From NCBI GenBank assembly GCA_002269645.1, contig NIVC01002100.1:124001-188000 (forward strand): 64,000 nucleotides of DNA, read 5' to 3'. Under the pieces are notes generated by a model. The model did not search any database. It was not told the DNA's origin and saw only the letters and a program-made list of their open reading frames with translations. This document shows, one piece after another, positions 48,791 to 60,700 of this stretch; the stretch's first letter is position 1; each line of letters begins with the position of its first letter. Position numbers and translations under genes: made by a program. Source of the DNA: Macrostomum lignano (taxonomy: Eukaryota).

Positions 48791-49233
48791 GATTTATCTT
48801 TGCAAGTAACACAAAATGAGCAACTTGGGAACTTTGCGAAGACTTATACGACCGTAAAAAGAACGTACACCCGAGAAGGGCAAAAGTTGGTAGGCTGTGC
48901 ATAGAACTTTTTGTCCCGCACAATGTACAATTGTGCAAAATGTCTTTGTCTGCAATCTTCCTCAGTTCCTTTTCTTCTTTCCCAAATGCAAATTTCTTCC
49001 TTCCCTTCTTATCTTACACCCCCCCCCATCTTCTTATCATTCACTCTTCCCCTCAAGCCTATGGTTTTTTCTAACATGTCTTAGACTCAGTCGGTTCCTC
49101 TCTTGTCCCTTCACAGCCAAAAATGAATGGCCTGACTTGGCCTGGGCACCCCGGCCCAGGGAATACTCTACAGAGTATTCTACAGAGTACTCTATAGAGT
49201 ATTCCCTAGACAGAGAAGCAAGGCCTTTGTGCC

Positions 49234-49850
49234 ATGCTACAAAGAGTTTTACAGGATATTCCGTCACATCTACAAGCAAGAAGAAGAGAGGAACTAGCCA
49301 CCTTTTTTGGTCTAGAAACTGGCGACCTACCAATCGAGTTTTTCGCCATGGCCCCTGATGATATCGCCGCAGCGAATGAAGCGCAAAATGTGAGTAGCGA
49401 AGAGAAGAAGATGGCGGATCTGCAGAAATTCAGGGAGAAGCTGTACGCATCCCGCGTAACACTAACTGATCAGCTGATGGATGCTGTTGATCACCAGCTT
49501 CCATCTAGCGAGCAGAACATCATCACTAGGGTCAAGGCGGCTCTAGCAATGTACAAGAAGACTCAAATTGGAGGTCTACATTGGATTCTCGAAGTTGGGC
49601 GGCTGCTTACAACTTATCGCACCAAAGAGAAAAAAAGAACTTTGAACAAGGTGTTAAAGTGCGGTTCGCCCATTTGTGCAAAAATGTAAACATCCAGCAA
49701 TCAACTGGCTATTTTTACATTCGTCTGTACAAACTGTCTGTTACCTACCCAGGCTTGAGACAGGTGTCGATGCCAATTAGGGAATTAAACTCTAAGATGA
49801 AGTTTCTAGAAGAAATTTTAGCCCGTGATCCTGCGTGGAAAACTGTGTAA
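49234..49850 (+). pseudogene. Intronless frameshifted ORF of unknown function (probably mobile-element derived)
   Basis: Overlapping ORFs 49234-49689 and 49581-49850 lie in different frames. They are non-repetitive, with charged, helical-looking composition, and sit amid transposon debris. No family recognised. Confidence 0.4.
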
Positions 49851-49998
49851 TTTTAAATTTAGTTCATTTAGAATTTTTCTAACGCGTTAGAATTCAAAGA
49901 GAAGATTCAACTACTAACTGGAGGCAACCGATTGGTTAAGTAGAGGAGGGAAGCAATTTTCTCAGTGCTGCGTACAGCTCAATCGGGGGGTTTGGAAT

Positions 49999-50092
49999 TC
50001 TAACGCTGTTAGAAATTTCTATGTGAAAAGTTTCCCGCAAGATAAGCTTGGGCACACCAAATGTTCACATAGAAATTTCTAACAGCGTTAGA
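49999..50092. repeat. Perfect 29-bp inverted repeat with 36-nt spacer
   Basis: TCTAACGCTGTTAGAAATTTCTATGTGAA (49999-50027) and its exact reverse complement (50064-50092). Confidence 0.9.
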
Positions 50093-50549
50093 GAATCTAG
50101 CTGCTGGCTCACAGGAAAGCTAGGCTGGCTCAGTATGTTGTTGAAAAATTCTAACGCGTTAGACAATTCTGAGAGCCTACATAGTGTCTGTTTTTTTCTA
50201 TCAATTTTTTATAATCTTGTAATAGTTAATAAATATATAGTTCTAAATAATTAATAATAAAATTAATAGGCAAGCTATAAGAAAAGTATCCTCTTCCTTC
50301 TCTTCAAATTCACTGTTATTTTTGCAATTTGTAGAATGAGCTCTCAATAATTCTCTCTTAACTCATAAATTCCTTTCTGTTTTACTTCCTCAATCTGTTT
50401 TGATTTTCTAGAAAACGTCTTTACTAAAAACTCTGCAGCTGGAGGACAAATGCTGGTAGAGAAACCAAATCCAGTGAAAAGAGTTGTATTGAGTAATTAA
50501 TAAGGAGATTCACGAGATTGTGCTACAGTTTGAGACTGAAGACTAGCAA

Positions 50550-51740
50550 TCTACGCCCCCCGTTGGGGAGCCAAAGAAATGCAATACACGTTTTTTTAAT
50601 AAGCTACATGTATCCTTGAAATCTTAAAAAATCTCCTGTCAAACCTTGTAAGCCTTGACATGTCAGTTATCCCCCCCACAAGCTTTAACATATCAACTTC
50701 CCCCCTTGACATCTCAGCAATGCCCCCAATAAGCCTTGGAAATCTAAAAATATCTGTCAACCTTCTAACCCTAACCCTAGCCTAACCCTAACCCTAACCC
50801 TAACCCTAACCCTAACCTAACCCTAAAGCATTGAAATTTCAGTAATTCTCCCTAAGAGTCATTATAGCACTACTACAGCATTATAGCGATTCCTTGCAAG
50901 CCTCGACATCGTAGGGATTCCCAAATGAATCTCTTAACTTCGACATGAAGCTTCTTTTATTTTTTACATTACGCTTTTTTATCAGCGATCCCTCCCCTAA
51001 GGAGGCATCAAATAATGTAATAAAAAGTTTTCAATAAACTACATGTAGCTTCTGACTTTAGCCTTGAAATCTCATTTATACCCCCGTGAGCCTTGACATC
51101 TCAGCTATTCCCCCCGTAAGCCTTGACATGTCAGCAATGGCCCCATAAACCTTGAAATCTAAAAAATCCCCTGTTAACCTTGAAACCCGATAAAATATAA
51201 CCCTCAACCCACACCTGACCTAAACCTAACTTTAACCCAACATAAAGCCTTGAAATCTCAGCAATTCTTCTCCCCTAAGGCTTGACATTTTAGTGATTCT
51301 TTCTTTAAGAATCACAGCACTATAACGATTTCCACCAAGCTTTGACATCGTAGCAATTCCCAAATGAATCTTTTAACTTCGACATGACTTTTCTTTTATG
51401 TATACATAGTGCTACTTTTATTTTTTACATGACTTTTCTTCTATCAGCGCCCCCCCCGTGACGAGCCAACAAAGAATGCAATAAAAAAATGGAGTAAAGT
51501 ACATGAACTTTGAAGTAGCTTCTGACTTTTGCTTTGACATCTCAGAAACCCCCCCCCCGTAATCTCAGTTATTCTCTGAGAGCCTTGACGTCTCAGTTTT
51601 TCTCCCCAGCACAGCATTATAGTTGCATTTAATTTTTACATGAACCCTTCATGTCTGACATGACGTTTCTTTTATTCTACCGTGACGCTTCTTAATTTTT
51701 TAAATGACACTTTCATTAGTTTTTAAATGAGGCTTCTATG
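50550..51740. repeat. Diverged tandem repeat of a roughly 450-bp unit (about 2.6 copies)
   Basis: Homologous anchors: CCCCCC..GAG(C)CA..AA..TGCAATA at about 50553, 50990 and 51447; TACATG at about 50605, 51039 and 51499; TTAACTTCGACATGA at about 50935 and 51373. Confidence 0.75.
50765..50826. repeat. Interstitial telomere-like (CCCTAA)n tract, about 10 units
   Basis: ctaaccctaaccctagcctaaccctaaccctaaccctaaccctaaccctaacctaaccctaa. Confidence 0.92.
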
Positions 51741-54700
51741 ATTTTTTCTTGATGCTTCTATGATTTTTACATGACGCTTCTATGATTTTTTACATGACGC
51801 TTCTATGATTGTTTACATGACGCTTCTATGATTGTTTACATGACGCTTCTATGATTTTTTACATGACGCTTCTATGATTTTTTACATGACGCTTCTATGA
51901 TTGTTTACATGACGCTTCTATGATTGTTTACATGACGCTTCTATGATTGTTGACATGACGCCTCTACGATTTTTTACATGACGCTTCTATGATTGTTCAC
52001 ATGACGCTTCTATGATTGTTTACATGACGCTTCTACGATTTTTTACATGACGCTTCTATGATTGTTTACATGACGCTTCTATGATTTTTTACATGGCGCT
52101 TCTATGATTGTTTACATGACGCTTCTATGATTGTTTACATGACGCTTCTAAGATTTTTTACATGACGCTTCTATGATTGTTTACATGACGCTTCTATGAC
52201 TTTTACATGACGCTTCTATGATTTTTTACATGACGCTTCTAAGATTTTTTACATGACGCTTCTATGATTTTTTAAATGACGCTTCTATGATTGTTTACAT
52301 GACGCTTCTATGATTGTTTACATGACGCCTTAAGATTTTTTACATGACGCTTCTACGATTTTTTACATGACGCTTCTATGATTGTTTACATGACGCTTCT
52401 ATGATTGTTTACATGACGCTTCTATGATTGTTTACATGACGCTTCTACGATTTTTTACATGACGCTTCTATGATTGTTTACATGACGCTTCTATGATTTT
52501 TTACATGGCGCTTCTATGATTGTTTACATGACGCTTCTATGATTGTTTACATGACGCTTCTAAGATTTTTTACATGACGCTTCTATGATTGTTTACATGA
52601 CGCTTCTATGACTGTTTACATGACGCTTCTAAGATTTTTTACATGACGCTTCTATGATTTTTTAAATGACGCTTCTATGATTGTTTACATGACGCTTCTA
52701 TGATTGTTTACATGACGCCTTAAGATTTTTTACATGACGCTTCTACGATTTTTTACATGACGCTTCTACGATTTTTTACATGACGCTTCTATGATTTTTA
52801 TATGACGTTTCTATGATTGTTTACATGACGCTTCTATGATTGTTTACATGACGCTTCTACGATTTTTTACATGACGCTTCTATGATTGTATACATGACGC
52901 TTCTATGATTGTTTACATGACGCTTCTATGATTGTTTACATGACGCTTCTAAGATTTTTTACATGACGCTTCTATGATTTTTTACATGACGCTTCTATGA
53001 TTGTTTGCATGACGCTTCTATGATTGTTTACATGACGCTTCTATGATTGTTTACATGACGCCTCTACGATTTTTTACATGACGCTTCTATGATTGTTTAC
53101 ATGACGCTTCTATGATTTTTTACATGACGCTTCTATGATTGTTAACATGACGCTTCTATGATTGTTTACATGACGCTTCTATGATTGTTTACATGACGCT
53201 TCTATGATTGTTTACATGACGCTTCTATGATTGTTTACATGACGCTTCTATGATTTTTACATGACGCTTCTATGATTGTTTACATGACGCTTCTATGATT
53301 TTTTACATGACGCTTCTATGATTTTTTACATGACGCTTCTATGATTGTTTACAGTACGCTTCTATGATTTTTTACATGACGCTTCTATGATTGTTTACAT
53401 GACGCTTCTATGATTGTTTACATGACGCTTCTAAGATTTTTTACATGACGCTTCTATGATTGTTTACAGTACGCTTCTATGATTTTTTACATGACGCTTC
53501 TATGATTGTTTACATGACGCTTCTATGATTGTTTACATGACGCTTCTATGATTGTTTACATGACGCTTCTACGATTTTTTACATGACGCTTCTATGATTG
53601 TTTACATGACGCTTCTATGATTTTTTACATGACGCTTCTATGATTGTTTACATGACGCTTCTATGATTTTTTACATGACGCTTCTATGATTGTTTACATG
53701 ACGCTTCTATGATTGTTTACATGACGCTTCTATGATTGTTTACATGACGCTTCTACGATTTTTACATGACGCTTCTATGATTGTTTACATGACGCTTCTA
53801 TGATTTTTTACATGACGCTTCTATGATTTTTTACATGACGCTTTTATGATTGTTTACATGGCACTTCTATGATTGTTTACATGACGCTTCTATGATTGTT
53901 TACATGACGCTTCTAAGATTTTTTACATGACGCTTCTATGATTGTTTACATGACGCTTTTATGATTTTTTACATGACGCTTCTAAGATTTTTTACATGAC
54001 GCTTCTACGATTTTTTACATGACGCTTCTATGATTTTTATATGACGTTTCTATGATTGTTTACATGACGCTTCTATGATTGTTTACATGACGCTTCTACG
54101 ATTTTTTACATGACGCTTCTATGATTGTTTACATGACGCTTCTATGATTGTTTACATGACGCTTCTATGATTGTTTACATGACGCTTCTAAGATTTTTTA
54201 CATGACGCTTCTATGATTGTTTACATGACGCTTCTATGATTGTTTGCATGACGCTTCTATGATTGTTTACATGACGCTTCTATGATTGTTTACATGACGC
54301 TCTACGATTTTTTACATGACGCTTCTATGATTGTTTACATGACGCTTCTATGATTTTTTACATGACGCTTCTATGATTGTTTACATGACGCTTCTATGAT
54401 TGTTTACATGACGCTTCTATGATTGTTTACATGACGCTTCTATGATTGTTTACATGACGCTTCTATGATTGTTTACATGACGCTTCTATGATTTTTTACA
54501 TGACGCTTCTATGATTGTTTACATGACGCTTCTATGATTTTTACATGACGCTTCTATGATTTTTTACATGACGCTTCTATGATTGTTTACAGTACGCTTC
54601 TATGATTTTTTACATGACGCTTCTATGATTGTTTACATGACGCTTCTATGATTGTTTACATGACGCTTCTATGATTGTTTACATGACGCTTCTATGATTT

Positions 54701-57700
54701 TTTACATGACGCTTTTATGATTGTTTACATGACGCTTCTATGATTTTTACATGACGCTTCTATGATTGTTTACATGACGCTCTACGATTTTTTACATGAC
54801 GCTTCTATGATTGTTTACATGACGCTTCTATGATTTTTACATGACGCTTCTATGATTGTTTACAGTACGCTTCTATGATTTTTTACATGACGCTTCTATG
54901 ATTGTTTACATGACGCTTCTATGATTGTTTACATGACGCTTCTATGATTGTTTACATGACGCTTCTACGATTTTTTACATGACGCTTCTATGATTGTTTA
55001 CATGACGCTTCTATGATTTTTACATGACGCTTCTATGATTGTTTACATGACGCTTCTATGATTTTTACATGGCGCTTCTATGATTGTTTACATGACGCTT
55101 CTATGATTGTTTACATGACGCCTCTACGATTTTTTACATGACGCTTCTATGATTGTTTACATGCCGCTTTTATGATTTTTTACATGACGCTTCTAAGATT
55201 TTTTACATGACGCTTCTACGATTTTTTACATGACGCTTCTATGATTGTTTACATGACGCTTCTAAGATTTTTTACATGACGCTTCTATGATTGTTTACAT
55301 GACGCTTCTACGATTTTTTACATGACGCTTCTATGATTGTTTACATGACGCTTCTATGATTGTTTACATGACGCTTCTATGATTGTTTACATGACGCTTC
55401 TAAGATTTTTTACATGACGCTTCTATGATTGTTTACATGACGCTTCTATGATTGTTTGCATGACGCTTCTATGATTGTTTACATGACGCTTCTATGATTG
55501 TTTACATGACGCCTCTACGATTTTTTACATGACGCTTCTATGATTGTTTACATGACGCTTCTATGATTTTTACATGACGCTTCTATGATTGTTTACATGA
55601 CGCTTCTATGATTGTTTACATGACGCTTCTATGATTGTTTACATGACGCTTCTATGATTGTTTACATGACGCTTCTATGATTGTTTACATGACGCTTCTA
55701 TGATTTTTTACATGACGCTTCTATGATTGTTTACATGACGCTTCTATGATTTTTTACATGACGCTTCTATGATTTTTTACATGACGCTTCTATGATTGTT
55801 TACAGTACGCTTCTATGATTTTTTACATGACGCTTCTATGATTGTTTACATGACGCTTCTATGATTGTTTACATGACGCTTCTATGATTGTTTACATGAC
55901 GCTTCTATGATTTTTTACATGACGCTTTTATGATTGTTTACATGACGCTTCTATGATTTTTTACATGACGCTTCTATGATTGTTTACATGACGCTTCTAC
56001 GATTTTTTACATGACGCTTCTATGATTGTTTACATGACGCTTCTATGATTTTTTACATGACGCTTCTATGATTGTTTACAGTACGCTTCTATGATTTTTT
56101 ACATGACGCTTCTATGATTGTTTACATGACGCTTCTATGATTGTTTACATGACGCTTCTATGATTGTTTACATGACGCTTCTACGATTTTTTACATGACG
56201 CTTCTATGATTGTTTACATGACGCTTCTATGATTTTTTACATGACGCTTTATGATTGTTTACATGACGCTTCTATGATTTTTACATGACGCTTCTATGAT
56301 TGTTTACATGACGCTTCTATGATTGTTTACATGACGCTTCTAAGATTTTTTACATGACGCTTCTATGATTGTTTACATGACGCTTTATGATTTTTACATG
56401 ACGCTTCTATGATTTTTTACATGACGCTTCTACGATTTTTTACATGACGCTTCTATGATTGTTTACATGACGCTTCTATGATTGTTTACATGACGCTTCT
56501 ATGATTGTTTACATGACGCTTCTAAGATTTTTTACATGACGCTTCTACGATTTTTACATGACGCTTTATGATTGTTTACATGACGCTTCTATGATTGTTT
56601 ACATGACGCTTCTAAGATTTTTTACATGACGCTTCTACGATTTTTACATGACGCTTCTATGATTTTTACATGACGCTTCTATGATTTTTTACATGACGCT
56701 TCTATGATTGTTTACATGACGCTTCTATGATTGTTTACATGACGCTTCTATGATTGTTTACATGACGCTTCTATGATTTTTAATGACGCTTCTATGTTTG
56801 TTTACATGACGCTTCTATGATTTTTATGACGCTTCTATGATTGTTTACATGACGCTTCTAAGATTTTTTACATGACGCTTCTATGATTGTTTACATGACG
56901 CTTTTTGATTGTTTACATGACGCTTCTACGATTTTTATATGACGCTTCTATGATTTTTTACATGACGCTTCTATGATTTTTTACATGACGCTTCTATGAT
57001 TGTTTACATGACGCTTCTATGATTGTTTACATGACGCTTCTATGATTTTTTACATGACGCTTCTACGATTTTTTACATGACGCTTCTATGATTGTTTACA
57101 TGACGCTTCTACGATTTTTATATGACGCTTCTATGATTTTTTACATGACGCTTCTATGATTTTTACATGACGCTTCTATGATTGTTTACATGACGCTTCT
57201 ATGATTGTTTACATGACGCTTCTATGATTGTTTACATGACGCTTCTATGATTGTTTACATGACGCTTCTATGATTTTTATATGACGCTTCTATGATTGTT
57301 TACATGACGCTTCTACGATTGTTTACATGACGCTTCTATGATTGTTTACATGACGCTTCTAAGATTTTTTACATGACGCTTCTATGATTGTTTACATGAC
57401 GCTTCTATGATTTTTTATATGACGCTTCTATGATTTTTTACATGACGCTTCTATGATTGTTTGCATGACGCTTCTAAGATTTTTTACATGACGCTTCTAT
57501 GATTGTTTACATGACGCTTCTATGATTTTTTACATGACGCTTCTATGATTGTTTACATGACGCTTCTATGATTGTTTACATGACGCTTCTATGATTGTTT
57601 ACATGACGCTTCTATGATTGTTTACATGACGCTTCTATGATTGTTTACATGACGCTTCTATGATTTTTACATGACGCTTCTATGATTGTTTACATGACGC

Positions 57701-60700
57701 TTCTATGATTTTTACATGACGCTTCTATGATTTTTACATGACGCTTCTATGATTGTTTACATGACGCTTCTATGATTTTTTACATGACGCTTCTATGATT
57801 GTTTACATGACGCTTCTATGATTTTTACATGACGCTTCTATGATTGTTTACATGACGCTTCTATGATTGTTTACATGACGCTTCTATGATTTTTACATGA
57901 CGCTTCTATGATTGTTTACATGACGCTTCTATGATTTTTACATGACGCTTCTATGATTTTTTACATGACGCTTCTATGATTTTTACATGACGCTTCTATG
58001 ATTGTTTACATGACGCTTCTATGATTGTTTACATGACGCTTCTATGATTGTTTACATGACGCTTCTATGATTTTTTACATGACGCTTCTATGATTTTTAC
58101 ATGACGCTTCTATGATTGTTTACATGACGCTTCTATGATTGTTTACATGACGCTTCTATGATTTTTACATGACGCTTCTATGATTTTTACATGACGCTTC
58201 TATGATTTTTACATGACGCTTCTATGATTTTTACATGACGCTTCTATGATTGTTTACATGACGCTTCTATGATTGTTTACATGACGCTTCTATGATTTTT
58301 ACATGACGCTTCTATGATTTTTACATGACGCTTCTATGATTTTTACATGACGCTTCTATGATTTTTACATGACGCTTCTATGATTGTTTACATGACGCTT
58401 CTATGATTGTTTACATGACGCTTCTATGATTTTTACATGACGCTTCTATGATTTTTACATGACGCTTCTATGATTTTTACATGACGCTTCTATGATTTTT
58501 ACATGACGCTTCTATGATTTTTACATGACGCTTCTATGATTGTTTACATGACGCTTCTATGATTTTTACATGACGCTTCTATGATTTTTACATGACGCTT
58601 CTATGATTTTTACATGACGCTTCTATGATTTTTACATGACGCTTCTATGATTTTTACATGACGCTTCTATGATTTTTACATGACGCTTCTATGATTTTTA
58701 CATGACGCTTCTATGATTGTTTACATGACGCTTCTATGATTGTTTACATGACGCTTCTATGATTGTTTACATGACGCTTCTATGATTGTTTACATGACGC
58801 TTCTATGATTTTTACATGACGCTTCTATGATTTTTACATGACGCTTCTATGATTGTTTACATGACGCTTCTATGATTTTTACATGACGCTTCTATGATTT
58901 TTACATGACGCTTCTATGATTTTTACATGACGCTTCTATGATTGTTTACATGACGCTTCTATGATTGTTTACATGACGCTTCTATGATTTTTACATGACG
59001 CTTCTATGATTTTTACATGACGCTTCTATGATTTTTACATGACGCTTCTATGATTGTTTACATGACGCTTCTATGATTTTTACATGACGCTTCTATGATT
59101 GTTTACATGACGCTTCTATGATTGTTTACATGACGCTTCTATGATTGTTTACATGACGCTTCTATGATTTTTACATGACGCTTCTATGATTGTTTACATG
59201 ACGCTTCTATGATTGTTTACATGACGCTTCTATGATTGTTTACATGACGCTTCTATGATTTTTACATGACGCTTCTATGATTGTTTACATGACGCTTCTA
59301 TGATTTTTACATGACGCTTCTATGATTGTTTACATGACGCTTCTATGATTTTTACATGACGCTTCTATGATTGTTTACATGACGCTTCTATGATTTTTAC
59401 ATGACGCTTCTATGATTTTTACATGACGCTTCTATGATTTTTACATGACGCTTCTATGATTTTTACATGACGCTTCTATGATTTTTACATGACGCTTCTA
59501 TGATTTTTACATGACGCTTCTATGATTGTTTACATGACGCTTCTATGATTTTTACATGACGCTTCTATGATTTTTACATGACGCTTCTATGATTTTTACA
59601 TGACGCTTCTATGATTGTTTACATGACGCTTCTATGATTGTTTACATGACGCTTCTATGATTTTTACATGACGCTTCTATGATTGTTTACATGACGCTTC
59701 TATGATTTTTACATGACGCTTCTATGATTGTTTACATGACGCTTCTATGATTTTTACATGACGCTTCTATGATTTTTACATGACGCTTCTATGATTTTTA
59801 CATGACGCTTCTATGATTGTTTACATGACGCTTCTATGATTTTTACATGACGCTTCTATGATTGTTTACATGACGCTTCTATGATTTTTACATGACGCTT
59901 CTATGATTGTTTACATGACGCTTCTATGATTTTTACATGACGCTTCTATGATTTTTACATGACGCTTCTATGATTGTTTACATGACGCTTCTATGATTTT
60001 TACATGACGCTTCTATGATTTTTACATGACGCTTCTATGATTTTTACATGACGCTTCTATGATTTTTACATGACGCTTCTATGATTTTTACATGACGCTT
60101 CTATGATTTTTACATGACGCTTCTATGATTGTTTACATGACGCTTCTATGATTTTTACATGACGCTTCTATGATTTTTACATGACGCTTCTATGATTTTT
60201 ACATGACGCTTCTATGATTTTTACATGACGCTTCTATGATTTTTACATGACGCTTCTATGATTTTTACATGACGCTTCTATGATTTTTACATGACGCTTC
60301 TATGATTTTTACATGACGCTTCTATGATTGTTTACATGACGCTTCTATGATTTTTACATGACGCTTCTATGATTTTTACATGACGCTTCTATGATTTTTA
60401 CATGACGCTTCTATGATTTTTACATGACGCTTCTATGATTTTTACATGACGCTTCTATGATTTTTACATGACGCTTCTATGATTTTTACATGACGCTTCT
60501 ATGATTGTTTACATGACGCTTCTATGATTTTTACATGACGCTTCTATGATTTTTACATGACGCTTCTATGATTTTTACATGACGCTTCTATGATTTTTAC
60601 ATGACGCTTCTATGATTGTTTACATGACGCTTCTATGATTTTTACATGACGCTTCTATGATTTTTACATGACGCTTCTATGATTTTTACATGACGCTTCT

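Larger units (their letters stand above)
47041..49161 (-). mobile_element. Internally deleted P-element-superfamily (THAP9-like) DNA transposon
   Basis: Inverted 14-mer GGCCAAGTCAGGCC at 47059-47072 and 49129-49142 within imperfect TIRs. It encloses a THAP ORF and transposase fragments (YTPTTTVLAYLVFSTSRAAYKAILDDGSVYLPS; YVVLIIDEV). No clear target-site duplication seen. Confidence 0.75.

Noticed and set aside
50765-50826. True chromosome end
   Set aside because: There are only about 10 imperfect units, embedded in a 450-bp repeat with ordinary sequence on both sides.
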